A stretch of 22,868 nt of DNA, taken from contig CAYVIE010000034.1 in assembly GCA_964451355.1 (NCBI GenBank), positions 1 to 22,868 on the forward strand. The letters are read 5' to 3'. This document shows, one piece after another, positions 10,476 through 17,287 of the stretch; positions within the stretch are counted from its first letter, which is position 1; each line of letters starts with the position of its first letter. The DNA is from an uncultured Desulfobacteraceae bacterium (lineage in GTDB: Bacteria; Desulfobacterota; Desulfobacteria; Desulfobacterales; Desulfosalsimonadaceae). Made by a program: the position numbers and the translations under genes. The notes below the pieces were generated by a model. It was not told the DNA's origin. It saw only the letters and a list, made by a program, of their open reading frames with translations, and ran no database searches.

Positions 10476-10662
10476 GACGGCTCCGTAAAAAGTCCGTCTG
10501 CTGCGTTGCGCTTCGCCGGAAAGCGGCTCAACGTACTTTTAGTACGCCTCGCCTTTTCCGGCTCGCGACGCCTTGCATACAGAGCTTTTTACGAAGCCGT
10601 CGCATGAATTTTTGATAGGGTTGAATCTTTTTCTCAGTATCAAAATTTCGACTTTTTACGAG
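10476..10662. repeat. Nested imperfect palindromic repeat element (126-bp palindrome centred near 10539, plus a 61-bp tail); a dispersed repeat with a second copy at the window end
   Basis: Outer arms gacggctccgtaaaaag (10476-10492) and ctttttacgaagccgtc (10585-10601) match at 16 of 17 positions. Inner arms are gccggaaa (10515-10522) and tttccggc (10555-10562). The core is cgtac-tttta-gtacg (10532-10546). Positions 10582-10662 recur inverted at 22787-22868. Confidence 0.8.
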
Positions 10663-10687
10663 ACGGGGGAGGGCTCCCCCTCCCCCG

Positions 10688-10710
10688 CCATTTGAAATGA
10701 ATTCAAATGG
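10688..10710. promoter_or_regulatory. Perfect palindrome ccatttgaa-atgaa-ttcaaatgg; candidate upstream activator sequence for the sigma-54 activator
   Basis: The 9-bp arms were read directly. The centre lies about 98 bp upstream of the -12 element, a typical enhancer distance. Binding is not demonstrated. Confidence 0.35.
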
Positions 10711-10782
10711 TTCCACCCCCACACCCGGCCGGGGCTGAACCGGCCCAAAAATGGTAAGACGCCAGTGAATCATCGACACCGA

Positions 10783-10798
10783 TGGCATGATCTTTGCT
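10783..10798 (+). promoter_or_regulatory. Sigma-54 (-24/-12) promoter TGGCATGATCTTTGCT
   Basis: It matches the consensus TGGCAC-N5-TTGCW with one mismatch and has exact GG-N10-GC spacing. It lies 141 bp upstream of the outer-membrane protein ATG and is divergent from a sigma-54 activator gene. Confidence 0.75.
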
Positions 10799-10821
10799 AT
10801 CGAATATTAAAACAAAATTTC

Positions 10822-10844
10822 CTGAGTCGGAATTCAGTTTTTTT
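10822..10844 (+). terminator. Weak terminator-like hairpin plus T7 in the predicted 5' UTR
   Basis: ctgagt-cgga-attcag forms a 6-bp stem (one G:U pair) with a tetraloop, followed by ttttttt. It would sit roughly +13 to +36 of the predicted sigma-54 transcript. Confidence 0.3.
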
Positions 10845-10938
10845 CGATTGACAATACAAGATGTTGTTTTCGCAGGCGGCCATACTGAGGGAACAAGGCC
10901 GTTTGAAATGATCATCAACTAACACAAGGGAGGCTGGA

Positions 10939-12630
10939 ATGAATTTTTTAAAAAAATTTTTTCTATGGGGCTTATGCGCCCTGGTGCTTTCATGGCCCGC
11001 GGGAAAATCGATGGCAGCAGATGACATCGACGCCCTTAAGGAACAGATCCGTATTCTACAAAAAAAAGTGGAAAAACTGGAAAAGAATAACTCATGGAAC
11101 ACGGATGACATAGAGGATCTGTCAGGTAGGCTGGACAAGGCCGAGATGCATACGGCCACTGACAAGATTTCATTCGGGCTTGACTTCCGCACCAGAGCGG
11201 ACTCGATTCATTACAACGATATCCGCATAGCGCCACAGACTTTCACGGCCGCATTCTTTACTCCGTCCGCCATGGGCGGATTCAATGGCGCAACCCTGCC
11301 GGACATACAGGCCGCCATAGGGGCGATGGTGGCGGGTGGAATGGTGCCGGATGCTGAAAAATATGATGCTGATAACGACATAATATTCACCAATAAGCTT
11401 CGTCTCGAAATGTATGCAAGACTGAACTCACAGTTGAATTTCCAGGGACGCCTTGCCGCGTACAAGGTCTTCGGAGACAGCACCACTGTCAAGTTCAACC
11501 AGGGAAGCCTTGGGGATGTCACTTTCGACGGCACAACCTCGAGCCTCCCGCACGGAGACACGATCCACCTGGAACGCGCATACTTTGTCTACAAGTCCCA
11601 GATAGGCGATGTTCCTTATCATATATCTGTGGGCCGCAGGCCAGCAACAGACGGCCCCCCTCTTGAATACAGGGAATACAGCCTTGTGGGCGGTTCACCC
11701 CTTGCAACGATCATCAACTGGCAGTTCGACGGCGCATCACTGGGATTCAACCTGGAAGACGTAACCGGCATCCCGGGCGCGAGTTTCAAGCTCTGCTACG
11801 GGGTCGGCTATGAAAACGACTGGGGCAACTACACGTCTTTGGATTACGGCGGCGCTAACATAAAAGATGTCCATCTGTTCGGGTTTATAACAAAATTATA
11901 CGATGATGGTGAATCCACCAGCATAATGCTGAATTATGCACATGCATGGGATATCACCGATGGCTTCACAGGCGAGACAGTGATGCCTTTCATCGTGTCA
12001 AAACAGGATACAAACGGTGACGGCATTGACGAATATTATTTCGAGGCCAACACCGGTTCTTTTGTTTCGAGGATCGAGCCTACAGAAAATATCGGAGACT
12101 GGGACGCCGCATCACTTTTGATCCGGTCGAAAATCTCGACATCCACTGAGCCTGTTGACTGGTTCATTGCCGGATCCTGGACTCATACCAACCCATCCAA
12201 TATTTCAAAAAATCCCTTCTATGAAATTATGGGAATGGGCCTGCTCTCATCCAATGGAGAGCTGGAAGACCACGACGGCTACAGTGTTTATGCGGGCGTG
12301 ATCCTTCCCATGCCGGCATCTGGCCGTCTCGGCCTTGAATACAACTGGGGGTCCAAGTACTGGTTCAATTTCACAGGCGCAGAGGATTCACTTATCGCGA
12401 GCAAGCTCGCTGTAAGGGGTCAGGTATACGAGGCATACTATATACAGCCTGTGTTCGGCCGCAATTTTTTTGTAAAGGCGGGAACCCAGTTTTATGATTA
12501 CAAGTACACCGGAAGTGGTAATCCCCTGGGAGAACCTGTCAAGATTTCCGATGTAACGGCGCTAGACTCCATCAACCCGGTTATAGATGAAGTCTGGAAC
12601 TATTATCTTTCCGCAACCATGCGGTTCTAA
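10939..12630 (+). CDS. Outer-membrane beta-barrel protein with N-terminal coiled coil (possibly DUF3373-like)
   Basis: The signal peptide ends ...GKSMA/ADD. A heptad-like segment IDALKEQIRILQKKVEKLEKN follows. The body is aromatic- and Gly-rich with alternating residues, and the C-terminus ...YYLSATMRF ends in Phe, an OMP signature. A GGGAGG RBS is present. Confidence 0.7.
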   Translation: MNFLKKFFLWGLCALVLSWPAGKSMAADDIDALKEQIRILQKKVEKLEKNNSWNTDDIEDLSGRLDKAEMHTATDKISFGLDFRTRADSIHYNDIRIAPQTFTAAFFTPSAMGGFNGATLPDIQAAIGAMVAGGMVPDAEKYDADNDIIFTNKLRLEMYARLNSQLNFQGRLAAYKVFGDSTTVKFNQGSLGDVTFDGTTSSLPHGDTIHLERAYFVYKSQIGDVPYHISVGRRPATDGPPLEYREYSLVGGSPLATIINWQFDGASLGFNLEDVTGIPGASFKLCYGVGYENDWGNYTSLDYGGANIKDVHLFGFITKLYDDGESTSIMLNYAHAWDITDGFTGETVMPFIVSKQDTNGDGIDEYYFEANTGSFVSRIEPTENIGDWDAASLLIRSKISTSTEPVDWFIAGSWTHTNPSNISKNPFYEIMGMGLLSSNGELEDHDGYSVYAGVILPMPASGRLGLEYNWGSKYWFNFTGAEDSLIASKLAVRGQVYEAYYIQPVFGRNFFVKAGTQFYDYKYTGSGNPLGEPVKISDVTALDSINPVIDEVWNYYLSATMRF

Positions 12631-12653
12631 CACTGACCGCTGGATTATATATA

Positions 12654-12680
12654 AGGGGCAGGGATTTTTCTCCTGCCCCT
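12654..12680 (+). other. Intercistronic GC hairpin (aggggcagg / cctgcccct, 9-bp stem, 9-nt loop) between the OMP gene and yeeE
   Basis: Read directly. It starts 24 nt after the OMP stop. No T-tract follows, so it is more likely an mRNA stabiliser or partial attenuator than a full terminator. Confidence 0.5.
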
Positions 12681-12729
12681 CACTCTGACAGGGAACAAAA
12701 ATAATCATAATTAAATTGAAGAAACGATT

Positions 12730-13926
12730 ATGAAGGCATTACAAACCATAACTGAAGCCATAAAGACGGAACTGAAAAAGGCTTATGATACAGCCTTCGG
12801 GCGCACTTGGCCGGTGGTGACCGCAGGAATCCTGATCTCTGTCGTGGCTATATTCATGTTTTTATGGAACAGCCCGTGGGGTATAGCAGGAGGTTACAGA
12901 AGCTGGGGAGATTGGTTACTGTATCTTTCAGGGCTATCAGATAGCAAACCGCTATTCAAGCCATGGCAGCACCCCCTTTCAGTCTCCAACTTCGGCATCA
13001 TACTCGGTGCCTTGTCATCAGCTCTTATTGCCAGAGAATTTGCCATAAGAAAAGCACCTGCATGGGAATATGCCAAGGGAGCGGCCGGAGGAATCCTGAT
13101 GGGTATCGGGGCGGTTCTGGCTTCAGGCTGCAATGTGGGAGGTTTTTATTCGGCGATCGGGGTATTCTCGGCAGGAGGTTACGCCATGATGATCGGCCTG
13201 GGGGCTGGTGCATACCTGGGCCTGAAGTATCTTTTATGGGAAATGGAACACATTCCACAAAAAGCAATGAATGCCCCTGAGAAAAAAGGAAAATTGATGC
13301 AGGTTATGACCCGGATCGAACCATATTTCGGGGCGGTAATTATTTTTGCCGTTGTCATGGCTTTTTATGCATCGAGTTCCGATGAAAACTCGAAAACAGG
13401 GGGGCTATTGTTTTTTGGACTCCTTATCGGTCTTGTTATGCACAGAAGCAGGTTCTGCTTTGCCAGGGCTTTCCGCGAACCGCTCATGACAGGTGAATCA
13501 GACATGGTAAAGGCTGTCGCCGCAAGCCTCCTTATCTACGGTGCCGGCTCAGCCGTTATCAAGTGGAACTGGATGCAACCGCCTGAAATGGGAGTCTATC
13601 ATCCTTTCTGGGCCGGAAGCCTGTTTGGCGGACTGATATTCGGATTCGGTATGCTCCTGGCAGGAGGCTGCGCTTCGAGCACCTTGTGGCGGGCTGCTGA
13701 AGGACAGACCAAGCTCATGCTGACCCTGGCCTGCTTTGCAATAACAGACTCTGTTACACACAGGTTCATTACGGCTTATAACCTGAAAGAAAAACTCGGA
13801 ACCCCGTATTTTCTCCCCGATATTTTGGGGTGGAGTATCGCCGTGCCACTTCTTGTAGCAGTTATTTCTCTCTGGGTCATATGGGCTGACTGGAACGAGG
13901 AAACAGAACGCTTTGTGCTCTTTTAA
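12730..13926 (+). CDS. yeeE: YeeE/YedE family inner-membrane sulfur-compound (thiosulfate-type) transporter
   Basis: 398 aa polytopic protein with duplicated Gly-rich motifs bearing Cys (ASGCNVGG, AGGCASSTLW) and a third Cys in SRFCFARAF. It is immediately followed by a TusA/YeeD-type gene. Confidence 0.85.
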   Translation: MKALQTITEAIKTELKKAYDTAFGRTWPVVTAGILISVVAIFMFLWNSPWGIAGGYRSWGDWLLYLSGLSDSKPLFKPWQHPLSVSNFGIILGALSSALIAREFAIRKAPAWEYAKGAAGGILMGIGAVLASGCNVGGFYSAIGVFSAGGYAMMIGLGAGAYLGLKYLLWEMEHIPQKAMNAPEKKGKLMQVMTRIEPYFGAVIIFAVVMAFYASSSDENSKTGGLLFFGLLIGLVMHRSRFCFARAFREPLMTGESDMVKAVAASLLIYGAGSAVIKWNWMQPPEMGVYHPFWAGSLFGGLIFGFGMLLAGGCASSTLWRAAEGQTKLMLTLACFAITDSVTHRFITAYNLKEKLGTPYFLPDILGWSIAVPLLVAVISLWVIWADWNEETERFVLF

Positions 13927-13957
13927 CATAAAATTAAATTAACGAAAGGAAGAAACA

Positions 13958-14194
13958 ATGACAATCAAAGCAGATGAAACTCTTGACTTGAGAGGATTGA
14001 GCTGTCCCATGCCCATGCTCAAGACAAAAAAGAAGTTAAAGGGCATGGCAAAAGGGCAGATTCTGGAAGTATGGGGCACCGATCCTGGTTCAAAAAACGA
14101 CATACCAAACTTTGTGAAAAAATCCGGGGATGAACTCCTTGCTATGGAAGATCATCCAGACGGGTACACGCGCTACCTGATCAAGAAAGGATGA
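13958..14194 (+). CDS. tusA: TusA/SirA-family sulfur carrier protein
   Basis: 78 aa. LDLRGLSCPMPMLKTKKKL contains the CPxP active-site motif. The C-terminus YTRYLIKKG parallels my recollection of E. coli TusA (YRYLIRKGG). Confidence 0.92.
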   Translation: MTIKADETLDLRGLSCPMPMLKTKKKLKGMAKGQILEVWGTDPGSKNDIPNFVKKSGDELLAMEDHPDGYTRYLIKKG

Positions 14195-14250
14195 TGTTTT
14201 TAAACCATAGGTGACAATACATAAAAAACCATCTGCAGGGTGCAAGGATC

Positions 14251-14538
14251 ATGAAAAAAATCGCAGTTGTTATAAGAGATCCGCAACAACAGTACGAAGG
14301 CCTGAGGGTCAGTCTCGGAGCTTTACTTGACGAGGTTGAAGTGGAGATGTTCGTCCTCAATCATGAAATAGCTAATATGGACGAAGCATACAGGGACAAC
14401 ATGGAATTTCTTGATGAAATGGAGGGCAAACGTTTTTCAAACAATCCTGTAAATGTTGAAAAATATGGATTCACCTGGGCATCTGTCGGGGATATCGGTA
14501 AAAGGCTGGCCCGGGCTGATATAGTCATACCTTTCTGA
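14251..14538 (+). CDS. Small DsrE-fold protein, TusC/DsrF-like, Cys-free
   Basis: 95 aa. The N-terminus MKKIAVVI...EGLRVSLGALL and C-terminus LARADIVIPF parallel my recollection of E. coli TusC (MKRIAFVF...EGLDALLA ... LANYDVILRF). It contains no cysteine. Confidence 0.6.
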   Translation: MKKIAVVIRDPQQQYEGLRVSLGALLDEVEVEMFVLNHEIANMDEAYRDNMEFLDEMEGKRFSNNPVNVEKYGFTWASVGDIGKRLARADIVIPF

Positions 14539-14553
14539 TGAGTGAGGTGGATA

Positions 14554-14730
14554 ATGAAAGTTTTGCATCTGCTAAGATCTAAACCTGATGAGACAGTTGA
14601 GCGTCTCATAGAGGCCATGTCCGATGAGACGACTGAGACAACTGTTCTCCCACTTTTCGAAGGTGAGATCGACTGGTTGCGCCTCGTGGACGATATTTTT
14701 GCACACGACAAGGTAGTGTGCTGGTGGTGA
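14554..14730 (+). CDS. Very small TusB/DsrH-like protein
   Basis: 58 aa from the ATG at 14554, which has a GAGGTGG RBS; the ORF track uses a GTG at 14542. MKVLHLLRS... and the C-terminus IDWLRLVDDIFAHDKVVCWW parallel my recollection of E. coli TusB (MLHTLHRS ... IDYTDFVRLTVKHPSQMAW). Confidence 0.55.
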   Translation: MKVLHLLRSKPDETVERLIEAMSDETTETTVLPLFEGEIDWLRLVDDIFAHDKVVCWW

Positions 14731-14742
14731 AAGGAGATTCAA

Positions 14743-15048
14743 ATGGAAAAAACCCTGGGTATTTTAGTAGGGACAGACAAATTTCTAGACTGGGTTATCG
14801 CGGTTACCGATGCAGCTTTCCAAAAAGGTATAAAGGTTGAGATTTTTTTCACCGGCGCCGGGGTTAAGCTGACCCAGGATGCGGCCTTCGTGAATCTTGT
14901 CGGCAAGGCAAAGCTTTCAGTATGCGATGTCAGCTTCAGGGCTTATGGATTTTCCGGCGATGTTCCCGGGGTTGGTTTCAAGGACTTTGCAACGCAGGCG
15001 AGAAACGCGGAGATGATAAACAGGTGCGACAGATACCTTGTTTTCTGA
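14743..15048 (+). CDS. Small DsrE/TusD-like sulfurtransferase subunit with conserved cysteines
   Basis: 101 aa. LSVCDVSFRAYGF parallels the TusD active site LNICVAAALRRGV, and the C-terminus RCDRYLVF parallels TCDRVVQF (both E. coli sequences recalled from memory). An AAGGAG RBS is present. Confidence 0.7.
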   Translation: MEKTLGILVGTDKFLDWVIAVTDAAFQKGIKVEIFFTGAGVKLTQDAAFVNLVGKAKLSVCDVSFRAYGFSGDVPGVGFKDFATQARNAEMINRCDRYLVF

Positions 15049-15081
15049 ATACGCATTTAACCTTGATGTTACGTGAGTCCG

Positions 15082-15103
15082 GCTAATTATAGCTAATTAT
15101 AAT
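15082..15103 (+). promoter_or_regulatory. Tandem gctaattata x2 ending in a perfect TATAAT hexamer (possible internal promoter)
   Basis: Read directly in the AT-rich 142-nt gap between the dsrE-like gene and the cytochrome genes. No good -35 element lies at 17-bp spacing. Confidence 0.25.
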
Positions 15104-15190
15104 AGAATATTTCTTATGGGGATATATCATTATCCTTCATGGATTCCAGGAGAATTAAAATTGTAACAAATTGTTATGGAGGGAAACATA

Positions 15191-15520
15191 ATGAAAAAGA
15201 CATTGGTATTGCTGCTGTCTCTGACTTTAATGGTAGTTTTTGTAGGAACTGGTATCGCCTTTGATAAGAAAGGAAACGAAAAAAAAGGTAAATACTACTT
15301 CAGGAAAAACTGCAGGGTATGCCACCAGGCAGGCAAAAGCGCTCCCCCATTGAGTCCCAACAGCAAGACCCAGGCCCAGTGGGAACGCGCTTTTGAGAAG
15401 CATGAACGCCTCGAGTGCGCGGATGAATGGAAAAAACTTTCCGAAGACAAGTTAAACGATATCCTTACCTACCTGTATAACCATGCTTTCGATTCTCCAT
15501 CGCCGGCCACCTGCGGGTAA
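15191..15520 (+). CDS. Periplasmic monoheme c-type cytochrome
   Basis: Signal peptide MKKTLVLLLSLTLMVVFVGTGIAF and a single CRVCH heme motif. The ATG at 15191 follows a GGAGGG RBS; the ORF track starts at 15176. Confidence 0.8.
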   Translation: MKKTLVLLLSLTLMVVFVGTGIAFDKKGNEKKGKYYFRKNCRVCHQAGKSAPPLSPNSKTQAQWERAFEKHERLECADEWKKLSEDKLNDILTYLYNHAFDSPSPATCG

Positions 15521-15537
15521 ATAACAATAATAATATC

Positions 15538-15586
15538 ATGCATCTTTCCGAAAACAGGATCCATCATGCTTTTCGGAAAGATGCAT
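15538..15586 (+). other. Perfect 17-bp inverted repeat (atgcatctttccgaaaa / ttttcggaaagatgcat) with a 15-nt loop between the two cytochrome genes
   Basis: Read directly. It starts 18 nt after the monoheme cytochrome stop. No T-tract follows. Confidence 0.6.
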
Positions 15587-15662
15587 CCAGATGTTTAAAC
15601 TTAAACAGCAACCATAACATTGCAATATATATCGTCGATAGGGGGACAAGGAGGAAAAGCTG

Positions 15663-17285
15663 TTGGCACTAAAAAAGATCAAACCAATTGAATTGTTATG
15701 CCTTGTTATTGCCGGTTGTATTATCTTTTTGGGGTCATTTAGGTCCAGCATGGCAGAAGAAAAGACTCCTCCCGGCAAAACAATGGCAGACCAATCGCAA
15801 CTGTATGCTACAAAATGGAATACTGTGGATCACACCAAACTGGAAGCCCTGAAAGGCCCTTTTAACAGTGGCGAGGACATCACAAAAGCATGCCTGTCAT
15901 GCCACACAAAGGCCCAACACCAGTTTTTGCATGCTATCCACTGGACATGGCAATCGCCGTTCAAGAACTCAAAGGACTATGGCAAGGCCGGATATTCCAT
16001 AAATAATTTTTGTATCTCATCTAATAAAATGCATGACCAAGAATGCAACACCTGTCACATCGGGTGGGACGCGAAAAAAGATGGAATAAACTGCCTGAAA
16101 TGCCACAGCCAGGCCGATATTGATTGGTACGCCCAGCTCAAGGATTACAAGGAATTCATGGAGATGGGCGAAACAGAGCTGGCAGATGAAATCATGGCAG
16201 ATATCTTAAAAAATGTGGGCAAAATCGGCCTGCCGGAAAGACGCAATTGTGGTGAATGTCATTTCAACGGCGGCGGTGGAGAGGGTGTCAAGCATGGTGA
16301 TCTCGATGCATCCCTTATCAACCCAAAAAGAACATTGGATGTTCATATGGGGGTTGACGGCCAGAATTTCAGATGCACCCGCTGCCATACCACGGTTGAG
16401 CACATGATTGCAGGCCGTGTATATTCAACGCCCGCCACGAAAAAGCACCTGAGCCTGGTTCAAAACGATCTGGCCCCCAAGATAACATGCGAGGCTTGTC
16501 ATACGGCAACCCCGCACAACGACGTTAAACTAAACGATCATACCGACAAGGTTGCGTGCCAGAGCTGTCACATACCGACATTCGCCCGCGCACATGCGAC
16601 CCAGATGTGGTGGGACTGGTCCACAGCCGGAAAAACCAGGGATGGAAAGAAATACCAGGAAAAGGGAGCTTTCGGCAGGCCTGTCTACAAATCAATCAAG
16701 GGTGACTTCAGGTGGGAAAAGAATGTCGTGCCCGAGTATTTCTGGTATAATGGCTCTATAGAGTCGATAACCGCAAAGGAAATCATCGACCCATCCAGGC
16801 AGCCTATCTGGATCAGCCGCCCCGTAGGAAGCCGTGATGACCCAGAGTCCCGGATCTATCCATTCAAGATTCATTACGCAAAACAGCCCTATGACATGGA
16901 GAATAATATATTTGTCACACCGCTTCTTTCCGAGGAAAACAACGGCTTCTGGGAAACACTCGACTGGCAGGATTCTGTTTCCAGGGGCATGGAAATCATG
17001 GGGCTTCCCTACTCTGGCAAGATAGGATTCGTGGAAACCAACTATGTATTTCCCATCACGCACATGGTCGCACCCAAGGAAGACGCTCTGTCTTGCAATG
17101 CATGCCACTCAAGAGAGCATGGCAGGCTTTCGAAGCTGACAGGCTTTTATATGCCTCGCAGGGACCGCTTTCTTTTTCTGGACAGAGCTGGATGGGGGCT
17201 TGCAGCCGGAGCGCTTCTTGTTGTGCTCCTGCACGCCTTGGGAAGGATCTTTTCCTCGGCCATGAGGAAAAGCAAGGAGGATTGA
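15663..17285 (+). CDS. Octaheme c-type cytochrome, tetrathionate reductase (Otr) family-like, with N-terminal signal/anchor and C-terminal TM helix
   Basis: Eight CxxCH motifs at C77, C128, C144, C196, C238, C276, C299 and C478. The N-terminal DHTKLEAL...ITKACLSCHT...HWTW resembles my recollection of Shewanella Otr. There is no CxxCK or long-spacer heme motif. The TTG start follows an AAGGAGGA RBS. The C-terminal hydrophobic helix is GWGLAAGALLVVLLHALGRIF. Confidence 0.8.
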   Translation: MALKKIKPIELLCLVIAGCIIFLGSFRSSMAEEKTPPGKTMADQSQLYATKWNTVDHTKLEALKGPFNSGEDITKACLSCHTKAQHQFLHAIHWTWQSPFKNSKDYGKAGYSINNFCISSNKMHDQECNTCHIGWDAKKDGINCLKCHSQADIDWYAQLKDYKEFMEMGETELADEIMADILKNVGKIGLPERRNCGECHFNGGGGEGVKHGDLDASLINPKRTLDVHMGVDGQNFRCTRCHTTVEHMIAGRVYSTPATKKHLSLVQNDLAPKITCEACHTATPHNDVKLNDHTDKVACQSCHIPTFARAHATQMWWDWSTAGKTRDGKKYQEKGAFGRPVYKSIKGDFRWEKNVVPEYFWYNGSIESITAKEIIDPSRQPIWISRPVGSRDDPESRIYPFKIHYAKQPYDMENNIFVTPLLSEENNGFWETLDWQDSVSRGMEIMGLPYSGKIGFVETNYVFPITHMVAPKEDALSCNACHSREHGRLSKLTGFYMPRRDRFLFLDRAGWGLAAGALLVVLLHALGRIFSSAMRKSKED

Positions 17286-17287
17286 TC

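Noticed and set aside
10528-10788. 86-aa minus-strand ORF (MPSVSMIHWRL...) covering the palindromic repeat element
   Set aside because: It lies entirely within repeat and hairpin DNA and has no RBS. Both substitutions between the two repeat copies change an amino acid in this frame (E/K and S/N), so there is no sign of coding constraint. It is probably an artefact of the repeat.
10848-10853. Perfect TTGACA -35 hexamer in the 5' UTR of the OMP gene
   Set aside because: No acceptable -10 hexamer lies at 16-19 bp spacing; cgcagg lies at 17 bp and the nearest candidate, catact, is 27 bp away.
15081-15093. Sigma-54-like GG...GC elements in the internal gaps (ggctaattatagc at 15081-15093; aggatccatcatgc at 15556-15569)
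   Set aside because: Both have GG-N9-GC spacing, while sigma-54 requires N10, and both have poor flanking matches to the consensus.
15663-17285. Assigning the octaheme cytochrome to MccA (sulfite reductase), ONR/NrfA-type nitrite reductase or HAO
   Set aside because: It has no CxxCK motif and no long-spacer (CX15CH-type) heme motif. Its size (540 aa) and N-terminal sequence fit Otr better. HAO-family membership cannot be fully excluded without a phylogeny, so this is flagged in the findings.
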